A stretch of DNA of 63,965 nucleotides, counting the filler, from Gonapodya sp. JEL0774 (lineage: Eukaryota), in NCBI GenBank assembly GCA_027604505.1. It is 3 parts of 3 records of this genome, joined end to end, with 100 filler letters (N's around TTAATTAATTAA, not from the genome) between each part and the next. Parts side by side here need not be neighbours in the genome. Positions count along the whole stretch, not along the records: positions 1 to 24,253 come from JADIIX010000230.1; positions 24,354 to 48,047 come from JADIIX010000231.1; 1 more part is not named here. One strand, written 5' to 3'. Under the pieces are notes generated by a model. It saw only the letters and a program-made list of their open reading frames with translations. It was not told the origin of the DNA and ran no database searches. The position numbers were made by a program, and so were the translations under genes. Position 1 is the first letter of the stretch. Each line of letters starts with the position of its first letter. Positions 13,201 through 26,236 of this stretch are shown here, piece after piece.

Positions 13201-15945
13201 AGGGAGACACTTTATCGCGTCTATCTTGTGTACATTCTTTCCACTCTCAGAGTCCCTCAATACTGTCTCTCCCATTTTGTTTCCAATATTCGACAGCCCC
13301 GGCACCCGCCTCAGCTCCTGGGCAATTGGCGACTGCCGAAGATGGGCTTCCTACAGAAAACATGCTCGCTCTTGAAAGTTGGCGTGTCTCTGAGTATCCC
13401 GACGCTAGGGATGATGGCCACGATAAGTCACCGGGTGTCGCAATTGAACCAATCTATGGGCGTGTTCTGTTGCCACAAGTTCGGGTACCGGCCATGACTC
13501 GCTATCTACAACAACCCAGGGGACATACTCTCGATGTTACAGAGACTGCCCTCTCCTCTAGTTGTGCCTTAAGCTGGGACGTAGCAGACCTTGCCTCGAA
13601 CTTGAACGCCGCCTGCGTTGAGCTTCCACCTCTTCCGAGTCTCGATTGTCAACCTCTCCTTTCTTCTCCGGAAACATCTGCCTTGCCTTTGTGTCCCATC
13701 CCTATCCTTGGTAACTCCGACAGCACCTCGAACTTCTCAGCCAGGACTGGGACAATTAATATCGGTACGGGAATTCGGAAACGTCTCGCACCCTCTGAGA
13801 TGGAATTTGCAATGGGCGCTCAATCGTCTTGTCTGGAACTCGGGGGTCGTATGGGATCTCTGAAACAATTGGAACTCAATTATGTGGTTCCCCCCGGCGC
13901 GGTCCCCGTGCCACTGGGTGGCAACATCGCCATGTCTTCCATTCCACAACTACCTCTCGAGGATACGCTAAATTCAAAAAACGAAGTGGAGTCGGAGAGT
14001 CACCGTCCATTGTCCACCCAACTTCCCCTATCGTCAGATTCTATTGCGGATCCCAACGCAAATGATGAATTTTTGTTGGATATTATAGCTCTAGGATGTC
14101 TGGACAGCTGGGTACCAAAGACTGGGGAGGTTCCTGCAGCGCAAGTCCCTGAGGAAGTACGGAACTGTCCTGAAGCCCGTAAGAGCCTGCTTTGATTGAA
14201 TTTGTCCAGGCTGTTCTTGATTGATAAAGTTCCTTTTTTCTGCATACTCACTGTTGGCTGCATGGCCGAATTGAGTAGTCTCATCAACCCATTGGCCCCC
14301 ACCTGGGCGTCAACCTCTTGCAGCTGCATTAACCTCATCGTCCCCACCGATGTTATCTTTGCCCCCACCATTCAGCCTTCCCTCTCCCACATCATCATTC
14401 TCCTCTCCGAATCCATCTTCCTCTGCACCAGTTTACGAAAACAATATCGATCACATCTCGCAGTCCCTTCGCCTTGCTTTGCGACGTGCTGACGATGCTG
14501 AACGCACTGCGCGGGCAGCGGTTGAGGCTGCCAAGTGGGCCATCGCAAAGTGGGAGGAGGAACGGAAAGGGCGTACGGGAGACCTTATGCACATCGTATA
14601 CTCTGGCGTCGTGGGAACTCCAGTCGGAGACTCTAAAGTCAATGAAGCTCCGCTACCAATCCAGCTTCTATCTACCGAATCAAGTCGTCAAGCATCAAAG
14701 TCAGATGATCGTCCTAGGATTGGATCCACGACGGGTCAGTCTCCACTTTTGGACACCAATGTCAATGGGTCAGCGTCGTCCTTATTTGAGCGGCAAGGGA
14801 GTTTCTTCGAAGGAGATGAGGAGCAAATGCTCACGACGGCAAGGAACTCGTGGAACAAAACTTCTATGACGAGCCAACAAGTGGTGCAACCGTCCCACGG
14901 GATCGTAGTCGCGCAAAGCCCGAAGCCAGGACACACCAGCACTTTGACGCGCAGAGTATCTCTCCTTCCACGAACGCCCACATCCACATTACCGAGACGC
15001 CTCACAGTTCTACCTGATGAAATCTCCGCACAACACGCTTCGGTCTTTCCGGCAGAAGTCCGGCGTCAAACAGTAGCTGCGATTGCCCGCCGACCCTCGA
15101 GTAGAATCTCTGTTCGTAAATCGTTTATGGCCAGCTCCATCACACATCAAGAATCATTCGGAGTGACAGTTTTGGATGATGAGCTTGGAGGGGACTTGAT
15201 AGGCGCTCCACTTTCCCCGCAGGTGTCCGTTGTCGTGGATGAGGAGGAAGACTCTTCAGATTCAAGCAGCGCATCCGATTCGGAATGTCCAAGCAAGCCT
15301 CCAAGCCCTGAAAGTGGTGGTTCCAGTGAAGATTCTGACTCTGAACTGGTCGCAGATTTGAAGGCGCGTTCAATCGTTCGCGAGGCCCCTTCACATACTC
15401 CTGCTGCTGCTGGGCGACTCAGGTCTATGTCAGTAATGACATCTCGATCACCCGTGCGGCAAGACTCCTTTAAGATGAAGAATACACTTGAACAGTTGAA
15501 GGAACAGTCTCCGAAGACGACACGGGCTCGATCGGCATCTGCCAGCTTCCAGAGAAAACAGAGCAGTTTTACAGGAACGAGCTTTGAACCCATCTCGGAG
15601 TTCCGATGGGTAAGCGGTGGACGTGAGAGCTCAAGTGCCAATGAAAGTGATGTTGGCATTGTCCAAAACGCAACGAAGCCCATGCTTCAACGAAACCAGC
15701 GCGAAACAGCAGTCAATCACGGAGACGGAGGTTTCACTTCGGACGGAGCTTATTATCGCACGGATCTCCCGGAACGACTTCGAGCCTCAGACCTCAACCG
15801 GGAAAAAGATCTTGCGGAGTATGCACAGCAGGTTGTCGCACTTACGGAGAGGACGGTGGTTGAGATGGCGAGGCGAAGGAAAGCCGAACAGAAACTCAGG
15901 GAGTTGGAAAGAGTCGTTTACGCAATGAAGCTGGAAGCAAGGTAA
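10201..15945 (+). CDS. Large (~1840 aa) Ser/Pro/Thr-rich, mostly disordered protein with C-terminal coiled coils; unknown function
   Basis: Three long ORFs join in phase through introns 11827-11894 (GTGAGT..TAG, phase 0) and 14179-14323 (GTAAGA..CAG, phase 1). Start codon uncertain. Confidence 0.65.
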
Positions 15946-16536
15946 AATACACGTGTATTTTGAGATGGAGCGTGCCCATAAACTCCAGACAATGGCAGAA
16001 TATGGGAGGGTCTGTTTGAGTAATTTACGTTTGGATTGCACTGTTTTGTTTAGCACTGTCATAGTTGATCATTCATCTATAGTCTGACATCTTGAGAGGA
16101 ATTTCAAGTTATCACTGCAATTTGTGTCTGCCGCTACAAAAGCTTATTGATTTTCGAGGTGTTTTATGGAATTCGAGAATCGTTGGACAAAGCTAGTCTA
16201 CAAAGTGTAGATATTTCACCTCCGTCCGCGAAAGCGATGGGTGGAGGGCTTGAGCTGCTCCTCCATTGATGATGACTGTCCGGAAATGAATCATGGATTT
16301 TCGAAAGTGCTTAGGTTCCCTTTGTCAGTGATTGGTATGTGTAAATGAGAGGTTGTACGTTCGTTGTCAGACTGACGACATTATGCTTGGCACGTGTCCC
16401 CGACAATTGTACCTGAAAACTCTGATTTCTCTCTCCCGTTGATCGTTTGTTCATCACTCCTGCGGAGGCATCCATCGAGTACATCCATTTCGTGCTTTCT
16501 CAATTCGCCCCATCATTCATCAGTGCAATCGGGGGA

Positions 16537-18956
16537 ATGGAAGATGCATCGGATTCAAACGACGATCCCCCCTTGTCCGTTCGGTCTTGGGTAGGACTTG
16601 TCACGTTTTTCGTGTCTGTCGCTTTCTGCATCCACCCAGTTCACATTCGAATACCCAACGGATGGTTTATACCACTCGATGTCGGTACCGCGCCTATCAT
16701 CGGAGTAGCTCTGCTTGCGGCGATTGGCGCAATTGGCGCGACTGAGTTCAGAAACGGATTTTTGGGAACTGGAGACATCCAACCATACGCCATCGTCGTT
16801 CTCATATTCTCGCTGGCAATCATCTCTCTTTCTATCGATCTTACTGGAGCTTTTGGACACGTCGCACTGGAAGTTGCACAACGAGCTGGCCATTCGGGAC
16901 AAAAACTCTGGCGGTACCTTTACTTTTTATCGGCACTCATTGCAATGTTCTTCTCCAACGACGTTGTCGTTCTCATTATGACACCAGTCATTCTCTACTT
17001 TCTGGAGGTCGCGAAGGTTCGTTAGTAACAATGACGTCAGTGCTTCTTGACAAAAGCGAAAGAGGTTCCCAGCTGACTATTTCCGAAGCTGACGAATAAC
17101 ATGACTCGAGTGGTGAAGGACAGTGCCCATCCGGCGGGTCCAAAACGTGCTGAGATCTGTATTGGACAAGTGTGCCGCAAGGGCGCAAGGAGCCATCACA
17201 ATGGAATCGGATGCACTCGCTCCGGCTCCGTATGCACTTTCCTTTAAGCTTGCAATGTACTACATGACATGCCTTTTTCCACGCCTGCTGAGTTGGAGAC
17301 GTGCTGCATTCCATCAATCACGGGACTACGATTCCTTGCTTGCACAATGTTACATACTCACTGATCATTTGTTATCGCTCTCCTCTCAGATTCCACCTAC
17401 TCCCTTCCTCCTTCCGTCATTTCAAGTCGCCAATATGGCCTCCATATTCTTCGTACTCGGAAACCCCACCAACATCCTCGTCGCTCAGGGAACTGGCCTT
17501 TCATTCCTTGCCTACTCCGCTTGGATGGCATTGCCCACGGTTGCTACTGTGATCGCCGGATACTTCCTCCTCTTCATACTCTTCCGAAACCAAGTTCCCA
17601 CGGAAGTAGATTTATCCCGTCTCCAACAACTCCGCACGCACCGCCGGTACCGTATCCACGATCGCTTCGGCGCCTATTTTGGTGCAGCTTGCATGTGCGT
17701 GTGCCTCGTGACCCTCATGGTCGTCACTGTTTTCAGTAACGGGATCAGTGTTGCGATGTTGTCCGCCCCGTTCGCGGCAGCGGTTCTTCTTAGAGACATG
17801 GTCGCTGACTTGGTGAGACGAAGATCCGAATTGGCCATGCCTGTAGTATCGGAGTCTGCCTTAGACCCCAACTCAAGTGCGATGATCGAGCTTCACAATG
17901 AAGCTGCGATTCCGGTAGCCGCAGGAATACAGCTCTCTCCTCTTCAAAATGGCGAATATCCTGCTTTTGAATCCAGTAATGGCTCCGACGATCAACTAGT
18001 GATGGACGATGCTGAGATACCCGCAGTCATTCAGAAGACAAATCGTATCCACCACAATAATTCACCCACAAGAGATCAGACCTTCGCAATTGACTTGAGT
18101 AGAGCAGAGATCAAAGCGGAGAAGCTTTCTTCGATTCACGAGGATGAACCATCAGCAACCGAGCTGGCGTCGCCACAGCACAGAAACTCGTCCACGCCCT
18201 CGCAATCTGTCACCAAGCCATCCATATTCCCCTTTCCGACCCTTAAGCTCATCTTTTATCGTTTACCGTGGAAGATCGCACCTTTTGCGATCGCTATGTT
18301 CATCCTCGTGGAGAGCCTAGAGACACTTGGTTGGCTTGCAAGGTTCGCCTGGTGCGCCCAGTTTTTAGTTCCCAGTTATGCCGTGGCAGTGATCAGCGTA
18401 GGAGTGGTATCAACTTTGGTGTGCAATGGTGAGTGGATGACCGGATGAGCATGCAAATGTTTCGTCATGTCGTCACCTTGTAAACAATCAAATCGTCCAG
18501 TCACTTGCAACCTTCCAATGACCATACTCTTTGTGCGCATCCTCAATCATCCCAACGCCTTCCCATCAACAAGCGACCCTGCACAACAGGCCGCACAGGA
18601 CGTAATACGAACGGGAGCACTGTGGGGGGTAGTCATCGGGGCGAACTTGGGAGGAAATCTTACGTCACTGGGGGCCCTAGCTGGTGAGTTTTCAGAGTGA
18701 ATCGATCACACGAGGACCCGATGATCAGGAGCTTATGATGGATCAAAGGCATCTCATATTTCCTCTGCTCTCAACAGGTCTCATGTGGATGGAAATCCTC
18801 AAACGATTTGGGGAACGGGTCGACTTTCTCCGCTTCGTTTGGTACGGAGTCCTTGTCACGACGGGCCTGCTCTGTGTCGCTTTGGGCATCGTGGTGGCCG
18901 AGATGGCGGTCATGTATCCGTCGGTGTACGATTCTGCTCTCAAATCCCATATGTGA
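16537..18956 (+). CDS. ArsB/NhaD-superfamily anion/metalloid permease (fungal arsenical-pump type, Lsi2-related)
   Basis: Many TM helices; motifs SLSIDLTGAF, FFSNDVVVLIMTP, ANMASIFFVLGNPTNILVA, RLPWKIAPFAIAMFILVESL, CNLPMTIL, GANLGGNLTSLGALAGLMW; first intron 17017-17389. Confidence 0.88.
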
Positions 18957-19445
18957 ATACTGGACTCGCTTTCACGTCGTGGCCGGGATCTCAATTCACG
19001 ATTGATGGAATTCAAAACAACATTGGTGCGTGCATGCGCATCGGAACAAGGATTTCGTGACCATATCGTAGATCAGAGAGATATATAGAGATTATGGCGA
19101 GTATTCATCTCAGAGTAATCTGCATCAGGCCAATGAGTAGTACCTGTAGCCTACCCAGCTGGCCCGTCTCATCGTTTGTGTGGGCACGGTTGTGGGAGGG
19201 GACAATGAGTTCTCACTCATTTGTGTAGTTGTACGGTCCTGTTGTTATTACTTAATCCAAAAAACTTCGTACAGTACGCAGCGTATTCTCTAACAAAGTG
19301 TTTGATAACTTAATGTCCAAACGCAAAGATGGGGTAGGACTGCACGTCAAAAAATGCGCCCTCTTTGCATTCTCTTCCCTTCCCTCCTGTAGATAGATCT
19401 AATTACGTGGATGTCCAAGGATCACAGCGTTCTAATAGTAAGTGC

Positions 19446-20283
19446 TCAAGCCTCCTCCGCGGGCTTTGCCTCTTCCGCTGGTTTATCTTCCACAGGGGCA
19501 GGCTCGGCAGGTTTGGTCACTTCTGCAACGGGTTCGGTAGGCTTGGTTGCTTCAACAACGGGTTCGGCAGGCTTGACCTCCTCGGTGACCGCAGTTGTGG
19601 TCTCGACGGCGGCGGATTCAGCCACGGCCTCAACAGGGGGAACAGCGACAACCGCGGCCACAGTCTCCTCCACTACCTTGACCGCCTCTTCAACTGGCTC
19701 AGCAGCGACAACTGCGGCGACGGGAGCTTCCATGGCAGCAACAACTGCAGGCGCAGCAGCGACGACCGCAGGAGTCTCGGCAGCTTTGGGCGCGGGTGCG
19801 TCAGAGCTACCATCACACAATCCGAAGCAACTGAAGAAAGATGGGGCGGGCGCAGGCGCCGGGGTCGCCTCGGGTGTCTCCTTGGGTTTCTCTGTAGGCT
19901 CCGCCGTTGCCGTAGGGGCGGATTCAACCACGACGGGCTCCTCAGCAGGAGTTTCTTCCGCGGATTCAGCGGCAGGTGCAGCAGCAACGGCCGCGGCTGT
20001 TTCAGTAGTGACTGGCGGAAAATTGACACGTGGTTGACCAACGATCGGAAACACGCCACTTCAACAGATACACTAGGATCGCATCGCATCCAAGGCAACG
20101 CTCACCTTCCACCTTGGGGACAGCGGGCGCTTCAGATGCCACGGTCTCTGGGGCAGGGGCTAGATGGGTTCGTGGTGAATGGCAGTCGCGATCAGCAAAG
20201 AGCGGAGACACGATCAATCGCCAATCGCGGAGGACAGAAGCATGCAGACACTCACCGGGTGTGGTCTCGGTTTCAGTCGACAT
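19446..20283 (-). CDS. Acidic Ala/Glu/Pro/Val-rich disordered protein with an internal FFSCFGLC motif
   Basis: Exon MSTETETTP|GTGAGT, exon APAPETVASEAPAVPKVE|GTGAGC, then a long biased ORF ending in KPAEP-type repeats. Confidence 0.7.
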
Positions 20284-20807
20284 ATCAAGCGAGACTCACA
20301 GAAGCAAGAATGATAAATGAAGTTGGATTCAGAGAAAAATTCGTGGCTGAAAGAGTGCCACTTGGTGCAGCCACACTGCGGATCCACACAGTTCAAGGGA
20401 CACATCCAATCATGGAGAGGCTCCACACCCGAGAAAAAAGTGGTTGCCCTTGCCGCCCATTCCATATTTCGCAGTCACAAAAAGATGCAAGAAACAATAC
20501 TTCGGATCTTTCGTGCCTGGTTTCCCCCAGCTGCAGAAGCCGGCAGATGTCCTTGTTGACCTTACAAACCGCTCGCAACAGTTGCACGCAAACGGAACTC
20601 AATGACATAACTAAATGCATAAATGCTACACACAGCGGAATTTGTCGCACTCGATCTTTTATTCAACCAAACGCTGTGTGTACTGCATATTAAAAATGAC
20701 GGGATGAATTATGTAAACATTGAAATAAAGAATAAAGCACAGATTCCACGACCCCATTCCTTGCACTCTCGGACACTCAATTCAAAGTGCCCCATTCATC
20801 CGAAACC

Positions 20808-22978
20808 TTAGTACCTCGCCACGTCCAGCAAAGGTGAATTTAGAACTTCGAGGATACTCGGGCGAGCGGCTGGGTCAAAGTCCATATGACCTGGAGGAAC
20901 ATGATCACTATACCGTGAGGTAGAGAGAAAAGTCATCAGAATTGAAGCGAGAGCATTGTGGAGTCTGAGGCGGCCACACCTCACACTCTATTGTTACCCG
21001 CTGCCACCCTGGCGCCCACCTCCAGGTGGGCCCCTTCCGTGCCTCCTCCGCGTATTGTCCAAGAGTTGTCGCTGCATCTACAGGGAACGGAAGTCGTCCG
21101 GAGATCCTGAGGTAGTGGAGTTGTTACTGTGGGTTGGAGCACTGTTCACCAATATCCTAATACCCACATTTGATAAAGACAGACTCCGAGGGAGAAAAGT
21201 TCCGACTTATCCCCCGCTTCACATACACCCGGGTGCCCCCCCACACCGAGGGCTTCTGGCGCGGTCCAACCGACGATACCACACGGACACGGAAGCTCAA
21301 TCATGTCTCGTCCATACTCACAATGTGAAAAACGTTAATCAAGCAACAAGAAGGGACCAAAATACAGCAAAGAGCTCACGTGGAAGAAGCTGCTTCCGTA
21401 ATCAAGGAGGCGGAGATCCTCTACCCGTGCGGCAGGAGACTGAAACACGGCGTTACCGGGCTTCATGTCGGTGTACAGTAGGTGGTTCTCAATGAGTGAG
21501 AACGTCCCACCAGTTAGAACTCGCCCATAAGTGAGCGAGGCTGGGAGATTGAATTGTCCGAGTCCATGGAGCCTGCTTCGAATGGCTTGCTGAAGTGTTG
21601 GTCCTTCCAGCTACTCAAACGTCGCGATTTCTGTCAGTGAATAGATTAGTAGCGCATTGTTTGGCTTGTTCTAAAGAGTGCTTTGATTATGACGTTGAAC
21701 TCACCGAGCTTCCTCTTCTGAGTGTCTTGGAGCTCTACATCAAGGATACGAACGAAACAAGAATCATACAAGCGGCCGACCGCGAGGTGCACGTCCACCG
21801 AATTGCGTTTCGGACGCCAAGCACACTCAGAGTGCCACGACTTCTTGTGCGTCACGAATCTGATCGTACATATCAAGCTCATGGTCGTCAGTGGAAATAT
21901 GTAGGCACATTGACAATGTAAATCTACTCACGGACTTCGCCTTGTACACTTCTGCGTTACCTCCTTCACCGATCTTTTCAAGTAGACTGTAACCAAATGA
22001 CGGGCGCACGTGGCACGTGGCGGATTGCCGATTCGCTCCGCACTAGATCGTCCTCCTTGGCTACGACGTTGTTCACCAAGTTACTCAATAACTGCGCTTC
22101 CATGGACGCTCCGTTCCGTGCAGCTTTCACTTCACGCTCGAGCTGGTGGATAATTGCCGCAGATTCTTCACGCTGTCGACAAGCGTTCTCGTCCACGTCA
22201 CGGTCCACTTTACTAGCCAGCACACACCTTTGCCGCAAAGTCGCCAGGTGGATTCGTTGTTGTTTCTCATTTAGCTTTTGAAGCTGTTCCCCGTTCTTTC
22301 GGAGGCTTCCCACCTCGGCGCGCAAGCGAGAGATTTCAATCCTAGAAGCAACATCGCGGTCCTGTAGCTGACGCTCCCTGTCCTTCAATTCTTCGATTTC
22401 TTGATGAAGTTGCGCTAGGATCAAATTTTCTTCCTTGGAATGGAAAGCGGTGCCGTTGACGAGTGTGGACGTCGTTGATGATGGCTTCTCGCGTTGTTTG
22501 GACGTGCTGAGCGGCGTTTCGATAGTCGGCGAGACTTAATGGGACGAACCATAAACGGTGTATATTCTATGTTGATGTTAAGTATCGAGACATGCTCCAT
22601 CGATCGCTCACCTTCCTTGTTTTGCATCTGCATCCGTCGCTTATCGACAGGAATAACTCTCTTATATGGCGTAGCGAGGACATTGGAGACCAAACCTTGA
22701 GGCATGGGTACTAGAATGAGCGAAACAGTTAGAAGTGGCGATAGAGATCATGCCAGATCAATCCGTATCAAGGGGAGAGTCTGGATAGGGAACTCACCGA
22801 CCGACGAAACGGACTCTTTACGATCGATGGCATCCGATGGAGAGAGATGAGTTGAGGACGAGACAACCGGGGCAGTTCGGCGATCACCGGTTGGGCGATC
22901 GGTGCGGGCAGCAGCGGTTGAAGCGAGAATGTGTTCGACGGCCATGAATATCTCAGGAAGCAACTCAAGAGTCAACAT
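20808..22978 (-). pseudogene. Disrupted Ser/Thr protein kinase gene with N-terminal coiled coil
   Basis: Kinase subdomains recovered: IGEGGNAEVYKA, EVVAL*, FE*LEGPTL, YTDMKPGN, LLDYG, GWTAPE, ELFSLGVCLYQMISGRLPF, DPAARPSILEVL. Lesions: 7-bp duplication 22006-22019, TGA 21827-21829, frameshift near 21800, TAG 21611-21613. 5' exons are less certain. Confidence 0.75.
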
Positions 22979-23738
22979 TTCTAATGCAAGATCAGCAATG
23001 CGACTGGAATGGCTCACCTCGGTATGAATCGAATGTTTCTGAACGGACCGGTTTGCAGGGAGCAACCATCTTGCAAGCTGCAGGCCGTCCTCGCAGCTGA
23101 TCCGTGCCACTCGGGATGTCCAATAAAAAGCTCCGGTTCACTGGCGTCTCATGAGGCGGTTTCGTTCGTTGATTCCTGAAGGAAACGAGTTAGTTTTGTG
23201 TTTCGTGTTGGTGAAGTGGCTTATCATTACAACTGTGATGAGCGGCGCCAACTCGATGTATTTTCTCCATCTGAACCAGTCACGTTCACCAACCTCATTG
23301 TAAAATAATTCGAAATTACACGTCTCGAACTATTATAGTCTAAGAATTCCCCCCCTCATTTGTTCCCCAGTACAAATCCAAACATAGTTCGCGCCAGATC
23401 CACCATGTCGAGTCGCACTACCATCACCAACACGTAGAGTAAAAGCCGTAGAGTGTAACCACAGTAAAAAGAGTACTTTGTACTACTCCATCGCTCAAAA
23501 GGAAGAAAAAATCGAGTCACCGAATTTCCCAAACAATCGAACGAGAAAAAAATGCCTCCAGCACACGAAGCCACTGCCCAGAGTACCTTGTCCTTACTCG
23601 ATCAAGCTTCACACACCCTCCCGTGGCCAATTCCCATCCTCTCCCAACAGACAAAACAAACCCTACTTCCCGTTCCTTCCATCCATTCCCATGCCCTCCC
23701 CACTTCTCTGGCCCCTCTCCCTTTTACAAACCACCTCC

Positions 23739-24253
23739 TCACATCCTTCTACTCATACTCGCGCTCCTCATGGGACTCCCACTCATCACCCCGCTCTGCC
23801 CCATCATCATGCTCTGGCCCCCTTGGGGCGGCAACAGTGTCACCATGGGAACCACTCCAGAGGCTCCAGAGGTGTTGTTGGTCGCGTAGGCCCACCCGTC
23901 CTCGTACTGCTCAATGATGGTCACCGAGTCTTGTGGCTGGACGTGAAGCTCATCGGGGATGGTGGGCTGCGGGGGGGGGGGGCGGGCGGCGGGCCGGCCC
24001 CCCGCGCCCGCGCCCCCGGGGGGCGCGGGGGGGGGGGGGCGCGGACCAGGGTGTCATGGAGAGACGCAGGGAGGAGACCAGACCGTGAGTACGATGTGAG
24101 CAAAAACAAACGCAGCACCCAACCACCGTCCGAACCGTACGAATCCATTCTCGACACATCCAAAGCATCTGATCCCATCCCCCGCCCCAACACACTAATC
24201 CCCCACAAGCCGACCCGACCAGAACCCGCCAGTGTGTCGGCCACACCCCTTCC
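23739..24253 (-). CDS. 3' end of an SH3-domain protein, truncated by the gap
   Basis: PDELHVQPQDSVTIIEQYEDGWAYATNNTSGASGVVPMVTL fits SH3 (DEL..GW..G..P). Upstream G/C homopolymers make the frame unreliable. Confidence 0.75.
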
Positions 24254-24353
24254 NNNNNNNNNNNNNNNNNNNNNNNNNNNNNNNNNNNNNNNNNNNNTTA
24301 ATTAATTAANNNNNNNNNNNNNNNNNNNNNNNNNNNNNNNNNNNNNNNNNNNN
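24254..24353. other. Artificial contig join/assembly gap
   Basis: 44 N + TTAATTAATTAA (stops in all six frames) + 44 N. Confidence 0.98.
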
Positions 24354-25438
24354 CCGGGAAAGATCCTGTGGCCCCGTTGCTTGAACGCCCAAGTCTTTTA
24401 TGTTGCCATTACCGATATCGTACACCCAGCCTGAGTATCAGTGGTTATTGTTCAGTTGAGTGAGGTCCGAAGTCTGGCGGGACCACAACACACCAATGAT
24501 TCGGAGCAGTCTCCCCGCCTTCCACGCCTTCTGCACTGGTGAAGTTCGACAGACGCTCTCCACGCTCTTTATGACGTTAAACTCCACCAGTGCGTCACTT
24601 CGTCGAGCGTCATCGCTCATGCCCGCGAGGACACCGTGCTTTGCCTCATAGAGATCCCGGATGGGACGGAGCCAGTGATCAAGTGTGCCGTGATCGTCGT
24701 CTCCTGTGGCACGTATCCAAGTGATAAGTCATTGGTGGAAGAAGTGCAGCTCTTGTGTCCCTCAGCCGGGACGGCGACTCACCCATAGCTGCTCGCACAC
24801 CTCCACAACCATAATGGCCCACCACCTGGAGGGGGGATGGAACATGCGTGAGTAAATATTGCACATCGGCCTACTTTCCTATAAGCATCCTTCAACTCAC
24901 AAGGATGAATTTCACCTGGAGATGTTCCACCGCATATTGAATGGCGCCAAGCACGTTCAGATCTTGTGCGTAAACGCAGTTGGCAATATTTCTTGACAGA
25001 TTCAGAGGAAAGAGATGAATGCATGCTATGGCAGTTCTGAAACCACCCGCAGGGCGAGGTGGCTCACCTGTGAACAAAAAGCTCCCCGGGCTCCATTCCA
25101 AGCACAGAATTGGACGGAACGCGAGAGTCCGAGCAGCCTTTCACATAAGGGCATGCGATAAAAAGCAACCTTGTGTGATTCTAGGAACACGTCGCCGCAC
25201 GTTGACTGTGAGACTCACCAATCCACAAATATTCTGGCGCTTGGCCCTTGGACAAGTCTTGAAAGAATCCCGGACAAAACTTCTCCATCTGGGCTGCCCA
25301 CACCTTGTTTTGCTCAAGCAATTCCATCGGAGTGAGATGTCGATGGGGCGATACTGTTTCTCGATGGGCTTTGTTGTTATGCTTGCGAGCAGGGTGGCGT
25401 GATGTGCGTCTAGTTCTTGGGAAGAAACGCTTGAGCAT
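24354..25438 (-). CDS. Beta-class carbonic anhydrase, copy 1 (3' end cut by the gap)
   Basis: [72 protein letters not shown]. Confidence 0.93.
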
Positions 25439-26236
25439 TAGATATAATATTAATTGAGTTTTGTGGCTGCAACGACGCTTATATGCCTTCCCCAGATGGG
25501 GGACACTGGAGGTGGAAAGCTCCTCAATTGCTAATGGCGTGCGTCACTACAGTGTCCACAGGTTGAGGGGAAACGCAGAATGCATCAATACCAAATCAAA
25601 CAAGGCAATTCAGCACTCGGCAATGTAGCAATGTAAGACGGTCTTCTTTTCCACGCACGCCTCACTCGCTGTTCAGCTAGAGCAAATCGTTCGGTTGTCC
25701 CTGGCAGTTTCCGCCCTTCTGATAATCAGCTCAACACACTATTACTCAAGTCAGGGCACAACCATAATTTGGCTGTTTTTCACCCACTTTCGTTCCTAGC
25801 TCGGTGAATGGAGGGCAAGCGAAACAGTTTTCCGCAAAATTTGCATTGCCGTATTTTCTCCGGAGAATCGTCAACACAAGCTCGCCCGTCGTAGTAGTGA
25901 CGTCTGAGATGTCGCTCGTTTATGTCATGATGACGGGAAACTGAATGCGATTTGCAGGCCAGCACTGTTTTCAACAGAAAGCTCCTGATCCCGAGCAGGC
26001 GACTGGAACGATCAGATCCGACATGCGGCAAGCATTCGAGTTTCGAATGGAGTATTTCAACAAGCAATGAACTCACCATTCGATTCATTAGTAAAGCATT
26101 TATTTTGGTGGATTGGGGAATTACTGAATTACCCGAACCCGAGAGACAATGCGTACCTCAGCGAGTGTTCAGTTACGAGTGGGCAACCCGCGACTCAAAA
26201 CTGGCCGCTCAACGCCACCAAAGGAAAGCGTCCCAG

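Noticed and set aside
16266..16375. TGATGA...CTGA pair as a second snoRNA
   Set aside because: No terminal stem or recognisable guide; such short boxes occur by chance.
19365..20693. 442-aa and 208-aa plus-strand ORFs
   Set aside because: Shadows of the low-complexity minus-strand Ala/Glu/Pro gene.
21611..21829. Alternative genetic code to explain the kinase stops
   Set aside because: TGA, TAG and TAA all end conserved genes here, and the kinase also has frameshifts.
23966..24040. G-quadruplex-like G-rich tract
   Set aside because: Homopolymers next to a contig end are unreliable and may simply reflect a Pro-rich or intronic minus strand.
24298..24309. TTAATTAATTAA palindrome (also 48092-48103) as a biological motif or TTAA target site
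   Set aside because: Centred in N-runs; it is a six-frame stop linker inserted during assembly.
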